Origin: Mycobacterium sp.
GTDB lineage: Bacteria > Actinomycetota > Actinomycetes > Mycobacteriales > Mycobacteriaceae
Length of the DNA: 41,268 nucleotides
Assembly: GCF_049673265.1 (NCBI RefSeq)
Contig: NZ_JBATXN010000687.1
Span: 1-41,268 of the forward strand
Direction: 5' to 3'
Part shown: piece by piece, positions 1 through 9,048 of the stretch
How the letters are laid out: each line of letters begins with the position of its first letter
Position numbering within the stretch: the first letter of the stretch is position 1
Made by a program: the position numbers and the translations under genes
The notes under the pieces: generated by a model
Seen by the model: the letters and a program-made list of their open reading frames with translations, nothing else
Database searches by the model: none
What the model was told of the DNA's origin: nothing

Positions 1-1297
1 CCTCTTCGGTGACCTCGAAGGTGCGAGCACCGCGGCGCTGGAGTTCACCGAACAGCCGATTCATGTGGCGCATCTGGTATTCCACGGTGTTAAACCACGA
101 TAATCCCACCCATGCGTACGGGCTCGCCATCGACAAGAAGTTCGGGAAGTGCGGCATCGAAATGCCCTCATAGGCCTGGAATTGCGTTTCCCGCCACCAC
201 TTTCCGAGGTTGCGGCCTTCGCGGCCGATCACCTCGATCGCCGGCAGGTTGGCCTCCCACACGTCGAACCCGGTCGCCAGAACTAGGGTGTCGATCAGCC
301 GTTTGGTGCCGTCCCTGGCGATGATGCCATCGGGCTCGATCCGCTCGATGCCGTTGGTTTCCAGATGCACATGCTCCTTGGTGAAGGCCGGGTAGTAGGT
401 GTTCGAGATCGTCGGGCGCTTGCAGCCAAAGTCGAAGTCCGGGTTGAGCTTTCTGGAGAGTTCCCGGTCGCGCACCAGCATCAGCCGGTATGCCCTCGAG
501 AACTGCGAGATGGCTTTGTTGACCAGCTTGAAGTACCGGTACTTCCACATCGTAATGACCATGGAGAATTCCAGAATGGTGTCGGTATACCAGCGCAGCA
601 GGCGCTGGGTTTTCGGGAACCGGGCGAAAAGCCGTTGCGTCAGTGGCGAGAACGGGACATCGACTTTGGGCAGCACCCAGATCGGCGTGCGCTGATACAC
701 GGTGAGCTCGGCAACTTCCTTAGCTAGCTCCGGAACGACTTGCACGCCGGTGGAACCGGTTCCGATGACTGCGGCCCGGCAACCGACGAGCGAAACACTG
801 TCGTCCCACTGGGCGGTGTGCAGGACGCGTCCGGCGAACGTGTCGATGCCCGGAATGTCCGGGGTGCTTGGCTGGCACAGAAAGCCAGTGGCAGCGATCA
901 GAAATTGCGCGCTCAGCGTCTCACCACCCGCGATGGCAACCCGCCAAACTTGAGCGTCCTCGTCCCACCGGGCGCCCTCAACGGTGGTGTTGAAGCGCAT
1001 GTACCGGCGTACGTTGTACTTCTGCGCCACATCCACGGCGTAACGCTTCAGCTCGGCGCCGGGTGCATACATCCGCGACCAGTGCGGGTTCGGCTCAAAC
1101 CAGTAGGAGAACGTGGGTGACGGTTGGTCGACGGCAAGCCCCGGATAGTGGTTGACGTGCCAGGTTCCGCCCAAGTCGTCCTCGCGGTCGACGATCAGGA
1201 TGTTGTCATAGCCCAGCCGGCTGAGCTGGATGGCCGCGCCGATTCCACCGAACCCCGCCCCGACGATGATGACATCGAACTGCTCGCCCATAAGCAT
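1..1297 (-). CDS. Type I Baeyer-Villiger-type flavin monooxygenase (3' end runs off the window)
   Basis: Not in the ORF track because it has no stop in the window. Hand translation from ATG 1297 (alternative 1291) gives MLMGEQFDVIIVGAGFGG (FAD Rossmann), GGTWHVNHYPGLAVD, the BVMO fingerprint FAGRVLHTAQWD, a second Rossmann GTGSTG and ATGF. The frame is open to base 2. GGAGG lies upstream. Confidence 0.9.
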   Translation of the reverse strand, partial: MLMGEQFDVIIVGAGFGGIGAAIQLSRLGYDNILIVDREDDLGGTWHVNHYPGLAVDQPSPTFSYWFEPNPHWSRMYAPGAELKRYAVDVAQKYNVRRYMRFNTTVEGARWDEDAQVWRVAIAGGETLSAQFLIAATGFLCQPSTPDIPGIDTFAGRVLHTAQWDDSVSLVGCRAAVIGTGSTGVQVVPELAKEVAELTVYQRTPIWVLPKVDVPFSPLTQRLFARFPKTQRLLRWYTDTILEFSMVITMWKYRYFKLVNKAISQFSRAYRLMLVRDRELSRKLNPDFDFGCKRPTISNTYYPAFTKEHVHLETNGIERIEPDGIIARDGTKRLIDTLVLATGFDVWEANLPAIEVIGREGRNLGKWWRETQFQAYEGISMPHFPNFLSMASPYAWVGLSWFNTVEYQMRHMNRLFGELQRRGARTFEVTEE

Positions 1298-1358
1298 TAG
1301 ACGGTACCCTCCGTCTCACCCAGACGACCGGCCGTCACCCCGATTGAGATACCGCCAT

Positions 1359-1724
1359 CCCAACGGCGGCTTTGCTCGAACGCTTCGAATCCCCGGCTTG
1401 CCCTCCAGTGACCTAAAACTGTTCCCGCTTTCTGGTCAACGGGGTTCCGCAAGGCACCGACTCCGCCATCGCCGATCTGCCCAATCCGGCCCACTACCAA
1501 ATCCCCTCAGTACTCGACAACCCGACGTTGACGCCGCTGGTGGATGCGGCATAGCCGGCTGGGCTGATCGGCACCCTGCAGCCAGGATCGCAAGAGCTCA
1601 CACAACTGGCGATCCGATCGCGGCAGACTGCGCCTTGATGCCATTTGTGCTCTTCCTAGGTGCCGGCCCGATCGCGGATGGGATCGAAGGCACCCTGCTC
1701 AACGTTACGAAGCTGATCCCGTAG
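1359..1724 (+). pseudogene. Degenerate remnant of a PE-PPE (PF08237)-domain protein gene
   Basis: Fragments lie in shifting frames: PNGG/LLERF (cf. NPNGGFGNRF in the intact PE-PPE gene at 7583), LFP, LVNGVPQGTDSAIADL..YQIPSVLDNP with an in-frame TAG at ~1552, and a C-terminal GDPIAADCALMPFVLF...GTLLNVTKLIP* that resembles mycobacterial PE-PPE tails as I recall them. Confidence 0.55.
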
Positions 1725-1733
1725 CGTAGGGGG

Positions 1734-1792
1734 CCGAGCAGCCAACCACTGGCCAGCGGCACGCCCCCTGTCTGATGGAAATGGCTGCTCGG
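1734..1792. terminator. 11-bp perfect inverted repeat just downstream of the PE-PPE remnant
   Basis: CCGAGCAGCCA (1734-1744) pairs with TGGCTGCTCGG (1782-1792) across a 37-nt spacer, starting 10 nt after the remnant stop. Confidence 0.4.
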
Positions 1793-2034
1793 GGGCACAA
1801 TGGAAGGTGATTGCGGGCAGGGCTGACCTGGAAAATGGTCACGAGATTGAGGCCCTGCTGTGCTAGGTCTTTCACCTTTGCGCCGGTAGACTTCGGTCGC
1901 GATTGTGCCCAACGAAGCGCATGTGCCAAGCAAGCGCATCGACTCGAGCACCCGAGGGGAGGTTCGGATTGCCGGTCGTATTGGGCAACTTCTGCTGGCT
2001 ACTGGGCGCCGTAATGTTGGTGAACCTGCTGCTC

Positions 2035-3060
2035 GTGGCGTGGATACGCATGGTCAGGCGGTGGCGACGCAATATGGACGTCAGCGACGACCCCGAGTAC
2101 GTTGCGACCCTCGCGACCCTTTCCGAGGCTTCCGTGCGCCGCCACTTCAATCCCTACACCGATATCGACTGGGAAGCGCCGGAGCTCGCCGTCAACACGA
2201 ATGACCCCCGCTGGGCTCTGTCAGCCACCGATGCGCTGGGACGACATCCGTGGTACCAGGCGCAACCATTGGAAAAGCAAATTGAGATCGGATTGTGGCG
2301 CCACGCCAACACCGCAAAGGTGTCCCTCCAATTGGAGAGCATCCTGATTCGCGGTCTGATGAACTACACGTTCTGGGTGCCCAACGGATCACCCGAATAC
2401 CGTTACTGCGTGCACGAATCCACCGAAGAGTGCAACCACGCCATGATGTTCCAAGAACTGGTGAACCGCATCGGGGTGGATGCTCCGGGCATGCCGCGGT
2501 GGCTGCGATGGATATCACCCGCGATCCCGCTGTATGCGGGACCGCTGCCCGGCACATTTTTCTTCGGGGTCTTAGCCGGTGAGCTACCGATCCACAACAT
2601 GCAGAAGAGCATGTTGCGAGAGGACAATTCGCTGCATCCCATCCTGGAGAAGGTGATGGCGATCCACGTCGCCGAGGAGGCCCGCCACATCTCCTTCGCC
2701 GATCAGTTCCTTAGCAAGCGTGTGCCCAATATGGTGCGGCGGAGCCGGTTTGCGCTATCGCTGTACGTGCCGATCGTGATGCGGGTGCTGTGCCAGGCGA
2801 TCGTCGTGCCGTCGCGCAGCTTCTTCCGACAGTTCGACATCCCACGCTCGGTGCGCAAAGAGTTGTTCTTCGATGCGCTCGCCTCTCGTCAGGCGTTGCG
2901 CAACATGTACGGCGACGTGCGAATGTTGTGCGACGACGTGGGCCTGATGAATCCCGTTGCCCTGCTGCTGTGGCGCATTTGCAAGATCAACGGTCAACCG
3001 TCGCGCTACCGCGGCGAGCCACAGCGTGCGCACCTGCCGAGCACTGCCACCGCTGCCTGA
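2035..3060 (+). CDS. AurF-family (ferritin-like) diiron oxygenase
   Basis: Motifs HESTEECNH, LAGE and IHVAEEARH, and the typical mycobacterial N-terminus xRMVRRWRRNMDVSDD..LATLSExSVRRxFNPYTDIDW. Start placed at GTG 2035 rather than the ORF-track 1903, by family N-terminus. Confidence 0.85.
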   Translation: MAWIRMVRRWRRNMDVSDDPEYVATLATLSEASVRRHFNPYTDIDWEAPELAVNTNDPRWALSATDALGRHPWYQAQPLEKQIEIGLWRHANTAKVSLQLESILIRGLMNYTFWVPNGSPEYRYCVHESTEECNHAMMFQELVNRIGVDAPGMPRWLRWISPAIPLYAGPLPGTFFFGVLAGELPIHNMQKSMLREDNSLHPILEKVMAIHVAEEARHISFADQFLSKRVPNMVRRSRFALSLYVPIVMRVLCQAIVVPSRSFFRQFDIPRSVRKELFFDALASRQALRNMYGDVRMLCDDVGLMNPVALLLWRICKINGQPSRYRGEPQRAHLPSTATAA

Positions 3061-3166
3061 ATTTTCTTGCCCAGCACGTCGCGCAGCTTTACGGTGAGAT
3101 CCACGAGCGCCGTTGTGCAGTAAAGCCGTTAAGAGTGCCATCCCACAACCGCGCCGTATCGTGCTG

Positions 3167-3175
3167 TGCGATACT
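3167..3175 (+). promoter_or_regulatory. Candidate extended -10 (TGc-GATACT) for a leaderless methyltransferase mRNA
   Basis: The hexamer ends 6 nt before ATG 3182 and there is no SD sequence. Confidence 0.45.
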
Positions 3176-3181
3176 TCCAGC

Positions 3182-4012
3182 ATGGTTCGCAGCCCCTCCC
3201 TGGACAAAGTCGGCGCAGGCCTCGTCTACCGCATTGGCTCGACGGCGACTTACAAAAAAATCTTCCGGTACTGGTACCCGATGATGACCCGCCGGCTCGG
3301 TCAGCAGGATGATGTTCAATTCCTGAACTGGGGCTACGAGGAAGATCCGCCGTTAGGCCTGCCGCTTGACGAAGCCGACGAGCCGAACCGGTACAGCATT
3401 CAGCTTTACCACCAGACCGCGACGCAGGCCGATATCAGCGGCAAGAAAGTCCTGGAGTGCAGTTCTGGCCACGGCGGCGGCGCCTCCTACCTGACGCGCA
3501 CGTTGAAGCCGGCTTCCTACACGGGGCTTGACTTCAACGCTGCGGGAGTCGAATTCTGCCAGAAGAGGCACAACCTACCCGGTCTCAACTTCGTCCACGG
3601 CGACGCCGAGAACCTGCCCTTCCCGGACGAATCCTTCGACGCGGTGATCAACGTTGAGGCCTCACACATCTACCCGCACTTCGAACGCTTCCTCAGCGAG
3701 GTAAAGCGGGTACTTCGCCCCGGAGGGCATTTCCTGTATGCCGATTTCCGCAACCGCGATGGCTTCGGCGACTGGGAAAAAGCAATGGCGGAATCCGGCC
3801 TGCGGCAGGTCTCCGAGCGGGTCATCAACACGGAGGTTTTGCGGGGTCTCAAGAATAACTCGCCGCGGTCCAACGAACTGATCAACAATCGCCTGCCGGC
3901 GTTCTTGCGCCGCTTTGGCCGTGAGTTCGCGGTAGTGGACGGCTCGTGGTTCTACAACGACCTCGAGCGCGGCGAAATCGACTACCGCGCATACCACTTC
4001 ATCAAGGATTGA
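3182..4012 (+). CDS. SAM-dependent lipid O-methyltransferase, Rv2952 (phthiotriol/phenolphthiotriol dimycocerosate methyltransferase)/Fmt family
   Basis: [19 protein letters not shown], motif [26 protein letters not shown] and LRPGG, collinear with Rv2952 as recalled. Start moved from 3113 to ATG 3182. Confidence 0.88.
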   Translation: MVRSPSLDKVGAGLVYRIGSTATYKKIFRYWYPMMTRRLGQQDDVQFLNWGYEEDPPLGLPLDEADEPNRYSIQLYHQTATQADISGKKVLECSSGHGGGASYLTRTLKPASYTGLDFNAAGVEFCQKRHNLPGLNFVHGDAENLPFPDESFDAVINVEASHIYPHFERFLSEVKRVLRPGGHFLYADFRNRDGFGDWEKAMAESGLRQVSERVINTEVLRGLKNNSPRSNELINNRLPAFLRRFGREFAVVDGSWFYNDLERGEIDYRAYHFIKD

Positions 4013-4315
4013 GGTCTGTTCGGCGGGCCCGGCAGACGCCGCAGCGTCATAGCCGGACACACTAGACGTGCGTTCGCCTCGGTACCTACAGCGATGCAAC
4101 CATCGCCGAGAACGCTTGGGTCGAGGTCAGCTACCGAAAAGGGCAGTCATTCTAGCGCTCCGATGATTACTACGAGTGCCAATTTTGAACTCAATTCTTG
4201 CCGGTCCGGCGGTCCTAAAGGTGTCGGACAAAACCGCATACCCACAGCTCGGGCAATCGGATTAGCCGGGCTCGTTTTCGATCAGGGACACTGCTGAAAC
4301 CGTAAGGGGCCGTCG

Positions 4316-4335
4316 GTTACGGTAGCTGCCGTAAC
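4316..4335. promoter_or_regulatory. 20-bp near-perfect palindrome upstream of the P450 (candidate repressor operator) overlapping a TACGGT -10
   Basis: GTTACGGtagctgCCGTAAC has one mismatch and ends 33 nt before ATG 4369. TANNNT at 4318-4323. Confidence 0.5.
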
Positions 4336-4368
4336 TCGGCACGATTCCTCACGAAGGGGTGTAACCAC

Positions 4369-5676
4369 ATGTCGTTGGCTCGCATGCTCCGCTTCCGCGC
4401 CAGCCTCATGAAGGTCGGAGTCGACGGCCTGGTCGGGGTGGCTCGGGACAAAGCCACTTCGTACGGCTACACCTTGACCGGTCGGAAAACCGCACCCGCC
4501 ACGGACTTCGACCCGTTCTCACGAAAGACGATGCGCGATCCGTACCCCGGCTATCGTGACTTGCTGACCGGGCCCGACGTGCCGAACGTGTGGTACAACC
4601 GCAAGCGCGGTATCTGGATCATCGCCGGTTACGACGATTTGCGAAAAGCGTTGCGCGACAACGAGGCATTGTCGTCGGCAGAGAGTCAAAGCCGTTTCCG
4701 CGTCCACCTGCCCTCGATGAATGCGGTCGACCCACCGGAACACACTCGACTTCGCAAATTCGTCTCCCGCGCTTTCACCCCACGGGCAATGGCGGCCTGG
4801 CAGGCCAACATCAACGAGGTCGCCGACGAGCTCGTGGACGGCGTCATCGCCCGCCGCCACACCGAGGCGGTGTCCGAGTTGGCCAAACCGCTGCCGACCC
4901 GGCTGATCGCGATGATGCTCGGCATACCGCGCCACGATCAGCCTCAATTCGTGGAATGGTCAGATGAGATGGTCGCGGGTTCCTTTGTGCCGTTGACCCC
5001 TCGCGGTATGACGCTCTCCGCGCGCTCAGGCTCCGCGACCGCGGCGATGCGCCGCAACCTCAATCCGCTCATCGCGCAGCGCCGCCGAAATCCCGGTGAC
5101 GACCTAATCTCGATGATGACTCCCGCCGACGCCGACGACGTGCTTACCGATGACGAGATCTTTTGGAGCGCAGCGATGCTGATCGGCGCCGGCAGCGAGA
5201 CGACAACAAATATGTTGTCGGGGCTGCTGTTAACCCTCGCTCAGCGCCCCGAACTGTATGCCCGGCTGCGCGCGCACCCTGAGCTGGTACCCGCCGCCAT
5301 CGAGGAGCAGTTGCGCTTCGTTGCGCCGGTGCAAGGGTTCTACCGCACCGCAACTCGCGACTACACCGTCGGGGCGAACACGATTCCGGCCGGCGCGCGG
5401 GTGCTGCTGCTGTTCGCCGCGGCCAACCGCGACCCTCGTCACTACGACAATCCGGACACCTTCGACCTCGACCGCAACCCGACCGACCATCTGGCATTCG
5501 GTGGTGGCGTCCACTTCTGCCTTGGCGCACCATTGACCAGGTTGGAAGGCGCCCGGGTCTTCTCACAGTTGCTACCGAGGGTCGAGACGATCCGCCTCGC
5601 AGGGGACTACCGTTACCTCGACAACCCGACAATGCGCGGGCTGGAGCATCTTCCGCTGGAGTTGGTGCCCGCCTGA
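4369..5676 (+). CDS. Cytochrome P450 (CYP128-like)
   Basis: I-helix AGSETT, ExxR (EQLR) and heme motif FGGGVHFCLG. The N-terminal TDFDPF..DPYPxYRxLL..YNxKR pattern resembles M. tuberculosis CYP128 as recalled. Confidence 0.92.
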   Translation: MSLARMLRFRASLMKVGVDGLVGVARDKATSYGYTLTGRKTAPATDFDPFSRKTMRDPYPGYRDLLTGPDVPNVWYNRKRGIWIIAGYDDLRKALRDNEALSSAESQSRFRVHLPSMNAVDPPEHTRLRKFVSRAFTPRAMAAWQANINEVADELVDGVIARRHTEAVSELAKPLPTRLIAMMLGIPRHDQPQFVEWSDEMVAGSFVPLTPRGMTLSARSGSATAAMRRNLNPLIAQRRRNPGDDLISMMTPADADDVLTDDEIFWSAAMLIGAGSETTTNMLSGLLLTLAQRPELYARLRAHPELVPAAIEEQLRFVAPVQGFYRTATRDYTVGANTIPAGARVLLLFAAANRDPRHYDNPDTFDLDRNPTDHLAFGGGVHFCLGAPLTRLEGARVFSQLLPRVETIRLAGDYRYLDNPTMRGLEHLPLELVPA

Positions 5677-5690
5677 GCGGAAAGGCTCAG
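5673..5690. terminator. Small hairpin joining the convergent stop codons of the P450 and hydrolase genes
   Basis: CTGAGC-ggaaag-GCTCAG; each arm contains one gene's TGA. Confidence 0.3.
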
Positions 5691-6472
5691 AGCCCGCGCT
5701 TGCTCAACCAGGTATCGATGCGTTCGGCAACAGCAGCCCATCCCGGCTCGAGCATCATGTTGTGGCCCATGTCGGGGAAGAACTCTGCTTCGGTGCCATA
5801 TGCACGTGCGGTGGCGTGTATTTCGTTGCGGGTGTGCGCCCCATCCTCGTCGGCGCCGAGCACCAGCAGCGGCGTCGTCACGCGTTTGGGCCGGGGTAGG
5901 CACAGCAGCAGGCTGTCAATGCCGATGCGCGAGCTGTCTTCTTGCAGCCGGGCCGCGTACTTGCGGACGTCGGCCTCCGGTGTGTGCGCGGAGAAGAACC
6001 GCTCTCGGGCCAGGTGCGGAGGATTGATGTACGGCAACGCCTTGCCGGTCAACGTCATCCTGGCGAAATGTGACGGGCGATGCCTGATCCAACGCAGCGC
6101 ATTTCCGAGGTTTCCCCGCGGCGGCACGGACGTCATCAAAATGCCAGCCGGAGCAGTGTGCGTCTCCAGATACTTCTGCACGACAAGACCGCCCATAGAG
6201 TGACCGATGACCACCGGTGGACTGGACAGACGGTCGGCAACCGAGCTGACATCCTGGACGTAATCGGCGACCGAACAGCGCCACAACGGCTTGTCACTCG
6301 AGCTCTCGCCGTGACCGCGGAAACTCAAGGCCAAAGCACGATAACCTTTATCGGCGAAAAAGCTGAGGAAGTTCTCGTCCCAGCACCATGCTGCATGCCA
6401 GACCCCGTGCACGAAGAGCAGCGGGACGGGATGCGCCTCGCTGACATACCCCTTTTCGATCACCTCGAGCAC
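5687..6472 (-). CDS. Alpha/beta-fold hydrolase (esterase/lysophospholipase-like)
   Basis: Oxyanion FVHG, nucleophile GHSMG, acid GADED and histidine MGHNMM. Confidence 0.9.
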   Translation of the reverse strand: MLEVIEKGYVSEAHPVPLLFVHGVWHAAWCWDENFLSFFADKGYRALALSFRGHGESSSDKPLWRCSVADYVQDVSSVADRLSSPPVVIGHSMGGLVVQKYLETHTAPAGILMTSVPPRGNLGNALRWIRHRPSHFARMTLTGKALPYINPPHLARERFFSAHTPEADVRKYAARLQEDSSRIGIDSLLLCLPRPKRVTTPLLVLGADEDGAHTRNEIHATARAYGTEAEFFPDMGHNMMLEPGWAAVAERIDTWLSKRGL

Positions 6473-6478
6473 GGCGTT

Positions 6479-6484
6479 AGCCTA
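6479..6484 (-). promoter_or_regulatory. SigA-type -10 (TAGGCT) for a leaderless hydrolase mRNA
   Basis: TANNNT lies 6 nt before GTG 6472, with no SD. Confidence 0.55.
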
Positions 6485-6550
6485 TCTGTCCGCGTAGCTG
6501 GACCCCTGAGATGTCCAATAATCCAGATACCGTCGCGGCAAGCCATGCCG

Positions 6551-7357
6551 CTAATTGGGTTTCGGCGGCAGGGCGCGTCGCGCGAGCAGCGGCAAAAGCC
6601 GCTCCTGGGGCGCAACCCGACAAAATGCCGCAACGAGCCGATTGGCCCGACCCGGGACCACCCGCGGCTTATTGTCTGCCAAACCATCGATGGCAGCCCG
6701 TGCGACCTGATCGGCGGACTTCCACATGAAGCTGGGTAACACCGCTGCACGTTGCCCGGCGCTGAACCCGGCGACGTCGTCCAATCCGGTGGCGACCGGT
6801 CCCGGACACAGTGCGGTAGCCGTTACACCGGTGCCGCGCAATTCGCTGCGCAGGCTTTCGGTGTAAGACAAGATAAATGCCTTGGCAGCACCGTAAGCGG
6901 CTTGCCCGGGCAGGGGGTAGAAGCCCGCCAACGATGACACGTTCAGCACGGCGCCGCGTCCGCGCTCGACCATCCCCGGCAGGAACCTGGTGCACAAGTC
7001 CACCACGGCGACAACGTCAACTTCGACGAGGTTAAGTTGTTGTTCTGGAACTGATTCCGCTACGAGAGCGCCAACCGACAGGCCTGCGTTGTTGATCAGA
7101 ATGTCCGGCGCCAGGCCCAGCGCCGCGACGCGGCCCGGCAGCTCGGCACGATCGGTCCGGCTGGATAGGTCGGCCGGTAGGACATGCGCGCAAGCCCTCA
7201 GCCTCTCGGCAAGCGCCTGAAGGCGGTCGGTACGTCGAGCGACCAACACCACTTGATGGCCGCGTTGCGCAAGCTCCCGGGCGATGGCCTCGCCGATACC
7301 TGACGATGCGCCGGTGACGATGGCAGCGCTTTTCTCTCCAGGTGTCGGAAACCCCAC
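6551..7357 (-). CDS. Classical short-chain dehydrogenase/reductase (probably NADP(H)-dependent, ketoacyl-reductase-like)
   Basis: TGASSGIG, VARR, NNAG, VSS and YGAAK. Confidence 0.9.
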   Translation of the reverse strand: MGFPTPGEKSAAIVTGASSGIGEAIARELAQRGHQVVLVARRTDRLQALAERLRACAHVLPADLSSRTDRAELPGRVAALGLAPDILINNAGLSVGALVAESVPEQQLNLVEVDVVAVVDLCTRFLPGMVERGRGAVLNVSSLAGFYPLPGQAAYGAAKAFILSYTESLRSELRGTGVTATALCPGPVATGLDDVAGFSAGQRAAVLPSFMWKSADQVARAAIDGLADNKPRVVPGRANRLVAAFCRVAPQERLLPLLARRALPPKPN

Positions 7358-7363
7358 AAACCG

Positions 7364-7369
7364 ACCTTA
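7364..7369 (-). promoter_or_regulatory. SigA-type -10 (TAAGGT) for a leaderless SDR mRNA
   Basis: TANNNT lies 6 nt before GTG 7357, with no SD. Confidence 0.55.
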
Positions 7370-7440
7370 ACCGGCTTGCCGAGCGCGCATGGACCAACCG
7401 CTGCCAAAAAGTGCTCCACAAAATTCCGACACGCCAATGT

Positions 7441-7456
7441 TGTCAATGTCTGCACG
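7441..7456. promoter_or_regulatory. Possible CRP-type site in the SDR/PE-PPE divergent region
   Basis: TGTCA-N6-GCACG, one mismatch to YGTGA-N6-KCACR. Confidence 0.3.
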
Positions 7457-7582
7457 TGAACGCGCGACCGAATGCAAGATAGGCATCGGCTTCAGTGCTA
7501 GAACCAATCGGCTGCCTGCGGACGCTCGGCCGAGATCTACATGCTGAGCAGGGTTGTTGACGTGACATGAATCGAGGGGGCC

Positions 7583-8896
7583 ATGACACGACGTAGCTTC
7601 CGTTGGCTGGGAGTGGGACTGCTGGCGAGTGCCGGCGCCGGTCTGCTGGAAGTGGCATCGACGCTGCACCCGGCGCCTGCCATCGGGGACGATACCGCGC
7701 TGATCATGGGCTACGCCGGCACGCCCGACCCGGACCAGACGTATGTATCACAGGTGATGGACCTTTTCGTAAACCCGACCCCGCCGGAATTCCCAGGACA
7801 ACCGGTGTTCACCGGGTACTCCCCGGTCATTCAGACCACACCTGAGGGCGCTGATTTCCAGCAGGTCATGACCCAGGGCGCCAGCGAGTTGAACCAGGGG
7901 ATCATGCAGCAACTCGGGGAAGGAAATAAAGTCGTCGTCTTCGGCTACTCCGAGAGCACCTCGATCGCCACCCAAGAGATGGTCAATCTCGCCGGCCTGC
8001 CTGCCGACCAACAGCCCAATCCGGCGGATCTGCAATTCGTGCTCCTCGAAGATCTCAACAACCCCAACGGCGGCTTCGGCAACCGGTTCCCGGATCTCCT
8101 CAACATGAGCTTTCCCGCAACCCCGGCAGACACTGCCTACACCACCGACATTTACACGATCGAGTACAGCGGAAGCTCCGACTTCCCCCAGTACCCCTCG
8201 GACCTGCTGGCCGACGCGAACGCCGTCGCCGGGTTTATTGACCTGCACCCCTGGTTATTGCCGGGCTGGCCAACGGGTTTCAACTCTTCAGAGATCGCTG
8301 GCGCTGTGTTAGAACCGACATCTCCCGGATATGCCGGCAACACCGACTACTTCTTGATTCCCACCCAGGATCTGCCGCTGCTGGACGGGCTGCGCGCGGT
8401 GAACCCTGCGATGGCAGACTTGATCCAACCCGACCTGCGGGTGATCATCGACCTGGGCTATGACCGGACCGGGGGTGCCGATATCACCACCCCTGCCGAC
8501 ATGTCAATGCCGAATATCGACTGGACAACCGTCAACGCTGAGCTTGCCCTCGGGGCGCAACAAGGAATGACGGCCGCCGAGGTCGACCTCGGAATGTTAC
8601 CGACCTCCGACCTGCCGAATGCCTACCCTTACCTACCGGATATTCCGGGATTGCAATCTGGCTCGGTCGGGGCGGCCGCCTCAGTGCTGCCCGCCGCCAG
8701 TGCACTAGCCGGGGATATGAGCGGACAGCCGAACCTCAGCGCATTGCTAGCCGACCTCAGCACCTACACAACAACAGAGCTCAGTGCGCTGTTCGGGTCA
8801 AACACAGCGGCGGACGTCACCTCAGCGTTGAGCGCCGACCTGCTATCCAGCCTCACCGGGTTATTCGCGAACCCGGCTGACTTCCTTTCTTTCTGA
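7583..8896 (+). CDS. Secreted PE-PPE-domain (cutinase-like serine hydrolase/transacylase fold) protein
   Basis: Signal-peptide-like N-terminus (MTRRSFRW + hydrophobic + PAIG), VVVFGYSES, NNPNGG, DFPQYP..DANAVAG...H, LPLL, and ADLIQPDLRVIIDLGYD. SD GAGGGGG. Confidence 0.88.
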   Translation: MTRRSFRWLGVGLLASAGAGLLEVASTLHPAPAIGDDTALIMGYAGTPDPDQTYVSQVMDLFVNPTPPEFPGQPVFTGYSPVIQTTPEGADFQQVMTQGASELNQGIMQQLGEGNKVVVFGYSESTSIATQEMVNLAGLPADQQPNPADLQFVLLEDLNNPNGGFGNRFPDLLNMSFPATPADTAYTTDIYTIEYSGSSDFPQYPSDLLADANAVAGFIDLHPWLLPGWPTGFNSSEIAGAVLEPTSPGYAGNTDYFLIPTQDLPLLDGLRAVNPAMADLIQPDLRVIIDLGYDRTGGADITTPADMSMPNIDWTTVNAELALGAQQGMTAAEVDLGMLPTSDLPNAYPYLPDIPGLQSGSVGAAASVLPAASALAGDMSGQPNLSALLADLSTYTTTELSALFGSNTAADVTSALSADLLSSLTGLFANPADFLSF

Positions 8897-9048
8897 GTCG
8901 GCGGTCCAACGGCATTTGAGGCCTTTGCACTCGCGCCGTCTCCATGCCCCGCGCGGTGACTAATTCGCTACGCTGACATCCGCACGCAACTCCGGATCGC
9001 CAAGTCGCCCGCCGGATTGTCGATATCGTTGCAAGGAGCCCTGATTCG

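Noticed and set aside
1230..1724. 164-aa plus-strand ORF as an intact gene
   Set aside because: It overlaps the BVMO start, and only short pieces look protein-like; better explained as a frameshifted remnant.
2575..2605. AurF-like GELPIH instead of the usual GEEPID as loss of the diiron site
   Set aside because: One Glu and both ExxH motifs remain; I cannot assign ligands without an alignment.
4014..4037. Hairpin after the methyltransferase stop (GTCTG...CAGAC)
   Set aside because: Short, relies on G-U pairs and a mismatch, and has no U-tract; not distinguishable from chance.
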